Part shown: piece after piece, positions 16,364 through 20,000 of the stretch
Layout of the letters: each line of letters starts with the position of its first letter
Position numbering within the stretch: the first letter of the stretch is position 1
Source: an uncultured virus (IMG/VR IMGVR_UViG_3300020312_000001)
Lineage: Duplodnaviria > Heunggongvirae > Uroviricota > Caudoviricetes > Crassvirales
Reading direction: 5' to 3' (one strand)
DNA length: 20,000 nt
IMG/VR virus record: IMGVR_UViG_3300020312_000001
Notes under the pieces: generated by a model
The model's database searches: none
Told to the model about the DNA's origin: nothing
The model's input: only the letters and a program-made list of their open reading frames with translations
Translations under genes and position numbers: made by a program

Positions 16364-16558
16364 TTATCCATTTATTAAGTTAACTAATTCTTTTACTTTA
16401 TCTACAGACGCCCCGGTCGTCCGTCTAAAATTATCATATTTTTTATGATAAGGGTGTAATTTATCCGGGGAGCTCGCATTAAAGTAAAAATTACTACTAT
16501 TTGCTCTAAATCTCTTTCCGGATATAGCACATGTTTTCATCTTATAAGCTGTTGCCAT
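16364..16558 (-). CDS. Small basic hypothetical protein
   Basis: 64-aa ORF in operon. Confidence 0.6.
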   Translation of the reverse strand: MATAYKMKTCAISGKRFRANSSNFYFNASSPDKLHPYHKKYDNFRRTTGASVDKVKELVNLING

Positions 16559-16562
16559 AGGT

Positions 16563-17297
16563 TTATAGGGTTTTAGTTATTAAATACTGCTTACTGTCAA
16601 AATCATCTGTCTTGTAAAACAGCTCGTACGCGTCAGTAGCTTTACGTACTTTATCTTCCCCAGAAGAATAAAAATCTGGAGAACAGTCGAACAAGCCTAT
16701 TTGGAGTGTTTCTTTGTCTATTACCATAAACAACATCTCATAACCAAATAGGCGACTATAGATATAAGCTTGACTATCATAGTTAAACTTAGAAGCGGAC
16801 CATTTAAATCTATCTATATCACTTGTAGTTTTAAGATCGATTACCAATCGTTCATCGTGGTTAACAATATCTGCTTTACCTTTCCACATATTACCATGTA
16901 TTTCAGTAACTCCAGGTATCTCATATTCGACGGTACCAAGACCATCTATAAGTTCTCTGCATATCTTGTTATCCATAATAGCCTCTCTCATTAATTCTAT
17001 TTTATCAACCTCGTGTTGAAGCAAACAGATCTCTCCTCCAGACATTTCTTTATATTGCTTAGTATTCCTAGTACTAGACTTAATAATCTTAAAACTCTTA
17101 AGCTTATGTGGTTCTAGTATTGCAGTGTGAAAATAGCCTCCTATCACCATTGCTGATGTTTTCGGTTTATCTTCTCTTAACCTTCTAGGATCTTTAAGTA
17201 ATATATGTATATCTGAATTACTTAAGAACTGCTTACCATAATCTCCATAGTAATGTTCGTCCTGTGTTAATTTCTCAATTATTTTTTCTTTATCCAT
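16563..17297 (-). CDS. PD-(D/E)XK exonuclease (RecE/exonuclease VIII, DUF3799-like)
   Basis: LSNSDI, GGYFHTAILEP, KGKADIV, IDLKTT, YDSQAYIY; next to ERF. Confidence 0.85.
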   Translation of the reverse strand: MDKEKIIEKLTQDEHYYGDYGKQFLSNSDIHILLKDPRRLREDKPKTSAMVIGGYFHTAILEPHKLKSFKIIKSSTRNTKQYKEMSGGEICLLQHEVDKIELMREAIMDNKICRELIDGLGTVEYEIPGVTEIHGNMWKGKADIVNHDERLVIDLKTTSDIDRFKWSASKFNYDSQAYIYSRLFGYEMLFMVIDKETLQIGLFDCSPDFYSSGEDKVRKATDAYELFYKTDDFDSKQYLITKTL

Positions 17298-17862
17298 TTC
17301 TTTCTTTTAAATGTATATCTAACTCTGCCATTTGCACTGAGTTAATACTGTATTTAGACTCGATGGCAGATATAGCCCCTCCATTTTTAATAAAATCAAT
17401 AGCTTTATCTAACTGCGAATCATTCATAGGTACTTTATTTGGTTTAGCTTTATTCACAAGTTGAGCTGCTTTCCCATGACTATTAGTCGAGTCAGCATCA
17501 GCTGTATCATCGATTAGAAATAAGTTGCCTAATGCATACTTTTTCCCGTAAGATGAAGCTGCTCCAAATTGTTGAGCCGTTTGCATACCTTTTTGTTGAA
17601 GGTCTACACCGACTATTGCTGTAGCTGTGATTGAATTTTCGCCATCAGAAATTGTGGCTGTTGATTTAATTGTAGGAGGTGTATCGTGAATCAATTCTTC
17701 ATCGACTCTTACTGACACACTTTCTCTAAGTAAGAAAGGCTTTACTGCCTCGAGTATATCTTCGGCTTTACGGAAATAATACTTCCCGAAAGAATTATAC
17801 GAAGATTTTTTTGCTTTTAATTCAGTCTGTATGACTGCTAATTTTTGGTTTAAATTCTTCAT
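17290..17862 (-). CDS. ERF-family single-strand annealing recombinase
   Basis: KSSYNSFGKYYFRKAEDILEAVKP, QQFGAASSYGKKYALGNLFLIDDTADAD. Confidence 0.9.
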   Translation of the reverse strand: MKNLNQKLAVIQTELKAKKSSYNSFGKYYFRKAEDILEAVKPFLLRESVSVRVDEELIHDTPPTIKSTATISDGENSITATAIVGVDLQQKGMQTAQQFGAASSYGKKYALGNLFLIDDTADADSTNSHGKAAQLVNKAKPNKVPMNDSQLDKAIDFIKNGGAISAIESKYSINSVQMAELDIHLKERNG

Positions 17863-17884
17863 GGTTTATTGGTTTTGGTCTATA

Positions 17885-17916
17885 TATATAATTACATATT
17901 CTATTTGTTATTTACA
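17885..17916 (-). promoter_or_regulatory. Candidate promoter TGTAAATA...TGTAATTATATA upstream of the ERF operon
   Basis: In the 73-nt gap between the sigma gene and ERF; the core matches the motif at 2921-2932. Confidence 0.45.
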
Positions 17917-17935
17917 TTAGTGAATCACTCCTAAC

Positions 17936-18694
17936 TTACAGATAGTCAACCACTTGCGAGTAAGGAACATTCTCTATCAACTTGTCAATTGCTTGCTTTT
18001 TTAACTGTGAAATCCGCACATAAGAACTACTACCTTTTATACCTAATACATCAGCTATTTCTTTAGCGGACATTTTATCACAATCAAGTCCATAAGACAA
18101 TCTTAATACTTGAAACTCTTTTGGATTCAAATGGCTAAGCATTAAACTCTTTATGTAAGCAGCTAGCATTTCTTTATTATAACTATTTATATCGTCTGGT
18201 ATATTATAAGCTTGATTTTGCTGCTCTTGTGTCCCAGCATCTAAACTTGTAAATACGGAGTTAAAAAATAAAGATACCATTCTTCTATCTTCACCAAAAT
18301 CCTTTCTTATTTCGTTTAATTTATGTTCAGGTATTCTCATGCTGCCTCTATTGCTATCTATACCTCTGCGTATTGCTCCTTTTATTCTTTTAGATAAGAA
18401 GGATTTTAATCTTTTACCTTGGTCTTCGGCATCTAATATAGTATCCCAATCTATTCGATCTACACCGGCACATAAACCTAAATTACCTTCTTGAAGTATA
18501 TCCATTATACTCATTACTCCACTAGCTTGTTGAGAAGTTGAAAATCTTCTAGCTAATTTTTCTACTAAAGGTAAAAACCTAATTATCAACTGGTCTCTAC
18601 TTAATTCATGATAAGGTTTATCTGGAACAGATCTCATAGCTTTAGACATATCTTCCTTCCATCTTATATAATTTTGTACGTGATATTTCTTCAT
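17936..18694 (-). CDS. Phage-encoded sigma-70-family RNA polymerase sigma factor
   Basis: Region 2 (LPLVEKLARRF...DILQEGNLGL...RIKGAIRRGI, MRIPEH) and region 4 HTH (VLRLSYGL...EIADVLG...RISQLKKQAIDKL). Confidence 0.9.
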   Translation of the reverse strand: MKKYHVQNYIRWKEDMSKAMRSVPDKPYHELSRDQLIIRFLPLVEKLARRFSTSQQASGVMSIMDILQEGNLGLCAGVDRIDWDTILDAEDQGKRLKSFLSKRIKGAIRRGIDSNRGSMRIPEHKLNEIRKDFGEDRRMVSLFFNSVFTSLDAGTQEQQNQAYNIPDDINSYNKEMLAAYIKSLMLSHLNPKEFQVLRLSYGLDCDKMSAKEIADVLGIKGSSSYVRISQLKKQAIDKLIENVPYSQVVDYL

Positions 18695-19305
18695 ATTTCA
18701 TTATTTAAATTATCTTTTTCTTGTTTTAATTCACTACACATATGTCTATGTATAGTTCTCGGTGTGCATTTTAAACTATTTGCCAATTTAGCTATAGTTA
18801 TCTTTTCATTACTATCGTTAATAAGTAACATGCTGTTATAAATGTCTTCTTTCTTTATACCATTTAACCTACCTATTAACTTACCAACGATACTAAGTTT
18901 CTCAGATTTTTCTAAACCACAATTAGTTTTAAATATAATTTTTCTAAGTTTATTTCTTGGTGGTTCTTCCAAGTCTAATATACTTAACTCATGTATAACT
19001 CTTTTAACATTCCAATCATTCATAGTAAATGTAGTGAAACCATTGGGCTTGTATGCTAAAAAACTAGCAACCTGATAAGCGTCACCTTCTTCCCACTCTG
19101 GATTTAAATGCCAGAGCACCATCATGTGCCAGTAAAATGATTTCCATGTTGTGATCTTTGCTTTACTTCTAAATAAGTCATAACACTGGTATGTACCATC
19201 TTTAAAAAACATGTATTCCCTGGTTTCTTCATCCGGTATATCGGTTATAGGATCTCTCCTATAAACAACTTGTCTATCCCATAAATATTTAAATCTTCTC
19301 TCCAT
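18691..19305 (-). CDS. Hypothetical protein with C-terminal helix-turn-helix (possible replication or regulatory protein)
   Basis: KITIAKLANSLKCTPRTIHRHM HTH; ATG at 19305 (alternative GTG at 19311). Confidence 0.65.
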   Translation of the reverse strand: MERRFKYLWDRQVVYRRDPITDIPDEETREYMFFKDGTYQCYDLFRSKAKITTWKSFYWHMMVLWHLNPEWEEGDAYQVASFLAYKPNGFTTFTMNDWNVKRVIHELSILDLEEPPRNKLRKIIFKTNCGLEKSEKLSIVGKLIGRLNGIKKEDIYNSMLLINDSNEKITIAKLANSLKCTPRTIHRHMCSELKQEKDNLNNEI

Positions 19306-19315
19306 GTTCACTGAC

Positions 19316-19361
19316 GTGACATTAGCCTATTACTGATTATATTTATTAAGGCTTTTGTCAC
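19316..19361. repeat. Imperfect 13-bp inverted repeat with a 20-nt AT-rich spacer
   Basis: GTGACATTAGCCT (19316-19328) and AGGCTTTTGTCAC (19349-19361); 11/13 complementary. Confidence 0.75.
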
Positions 19362-19444
19362 AGTTTGGTTTCAATTTTCCTATAATAATTCTTTTAGAAT
19401 TATGTTTTCTGTTATTATATTCTCTAATCTTTATTCTTAATCGT

Positions 19445-19693
19445 CTATTCATACTCATAATATTTTGTTCTAAAAAACTCTCTTATTCCTCTACCTTCTC
19501 TAGTATGAAATCCATAACTATGTGTGAAATGTCCTTTTATTGGTACATCACCTAACATAAACTTTATAACTTCCATTGGTTCCATGTCGGAGAATGAATT
19601 AGCCGTTTTTATAGCAGCATAAGACAACGCATCGACACTATGTCTAAGTTCCCAATCGTTATCATCTACATACTTTAATATCTCTTTATTCAT
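19445..19693 (-). CDS. Hypothetical protein
   Basis: 82-aa ORF overlapping the ligase stop. Confidence 0.6.
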   Translation of the reverse strand: MNKEILKYVDDNDWELRHSVDALSYAAIKTANSFSDMEPMEVIKFMLGDVPIKGHFTHSYGFHTREGRGIREFFRTKYYEYE

Positions 19694-20000
19694 AGTTTCT
19701 TATACATTTAAATAGTGGGTGACGGTACGATCCCGCCTTAGTTCTCTCAAAATATGTAAAGGTAGCACGCTGACCCATGTATTCATGGATATTAGCAAGC
19801 ATAATAGCAAGATCTTTATAATTATGGCCTTTTCCTGGTGGACAACCGAATTGATTTCCATCATCATCTTGCATTATAAACTTACCTAGCGTGCCGGTTC
19901 TTTTGCCTTTACCCTCTTCATAACCAACAATGTCAGCTTCAGCATCGCTGAAATCTTTGAATTTTCTAAGACTATGCGACCTCTTACATTGGTAAGGTGT
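19686..20000 (-). CDS. ATP-dependent DNA ligase, C-terminal part (5'-truncated by the window)
   Basis: The frame is open to base 20000: YQCKRSHSLRKFKDFSDAEADIVGYEEGKGKRTGTLG (motif V and OB domain) and SYRHPLFKCIR (motif VI-like). Confidence 0.85.
   Translation of the reverse strand, partial: TPYQCKRSHSLRKFKDFSDAEADIVGYEEGKGKRTGTLGKFIMQDDDGNQFGCPPGKGHNYKDLAIMLANIHEYMGQRATFTYFERTKAGSYRHPLFKCIRNYE

Noticed and set aside
17863..17880. GGTTT/ACCAA micro-repeats before the ERF start
   Set aside because: Too short to distinguish from a low-complexity leader.
19330..19458. Possible 42-aa basic minus-strand ORF (MSMNRRLRIKIREY...)
   Set aside because: Short, no motif, and it runs through the inverted repeat; cannot be supported from sequence alone.
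10136..19555. Nested or antisense ORFs (10136, 10825, 13754, 16770, 17264, 18608, 18842, 19355)
   Set aside because: They lie within or opposite conserved replication genes and are best explained as shadows.
1..20000. Stop-codon reassignment as in some Bacteroidota phages
   Set aside because: Genes are full length and tightly packed in the standard code, and TAG ends genes normally (e.g. 8204, 13431).
1..20000. tRNAs, CRISPR arrays, DGR template/variable repeats, introns/inteins, integrase
   Set aside because: None seen by eye. Intergenic gaps are very short, and the RNR and helicase show no obvious insertions.

Overview
AT-rich (low-GC) dsDNA bacteriophage genome segment. The host is most likely a Bacteroidota/Flavobacteriia member. 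This is inferred from Gln-after-cleavage signal peptides, a T9SS-like C-terminal domain, an Hc1-type histone-like gene and AT-rich starts without Shine-Dalgarno motifs. Two convergent arms meet at a bidirectional terminator near 9659-9680. The + arm (1-9655) holds the 3' part of a very large protein (HAD domain plus two CCCH Zn-knuckle-like repeats), putative virion proteins and a DUF5675 protein. It also holds a family of small charged proteins sharing an FKM..F.SP[FY]K-like motif, interleaved with a cassette of exported proteins: a beta-barrel-like OMP, an LDLa-like/T9SS-CTD protein, a single-TM coiled-coil protein and a thioredoxin-fold protein lacking CxxC. The - arm (9687-20000) is replication and nucleotide metabolism: ATP-dependent ligase (partial), HTH protein, sigma-70-like factor, ERF recombinase, PD-(D/E)XK exonuclease, probable SSB, primase-helicase, a thymidylate-synthase-fold enzyme with the dCMP-specific Asp (T4 gp42-like), MazG-type pyrophosphatases, an endonuclease I-like nuclease, class II RNR and an Hc1-like protein. 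The best leads are the exported envelope cassette, the probable cytosine-modification module and the shared-motif protein family. All calls come from motif recognition by eye; no database searches were run.
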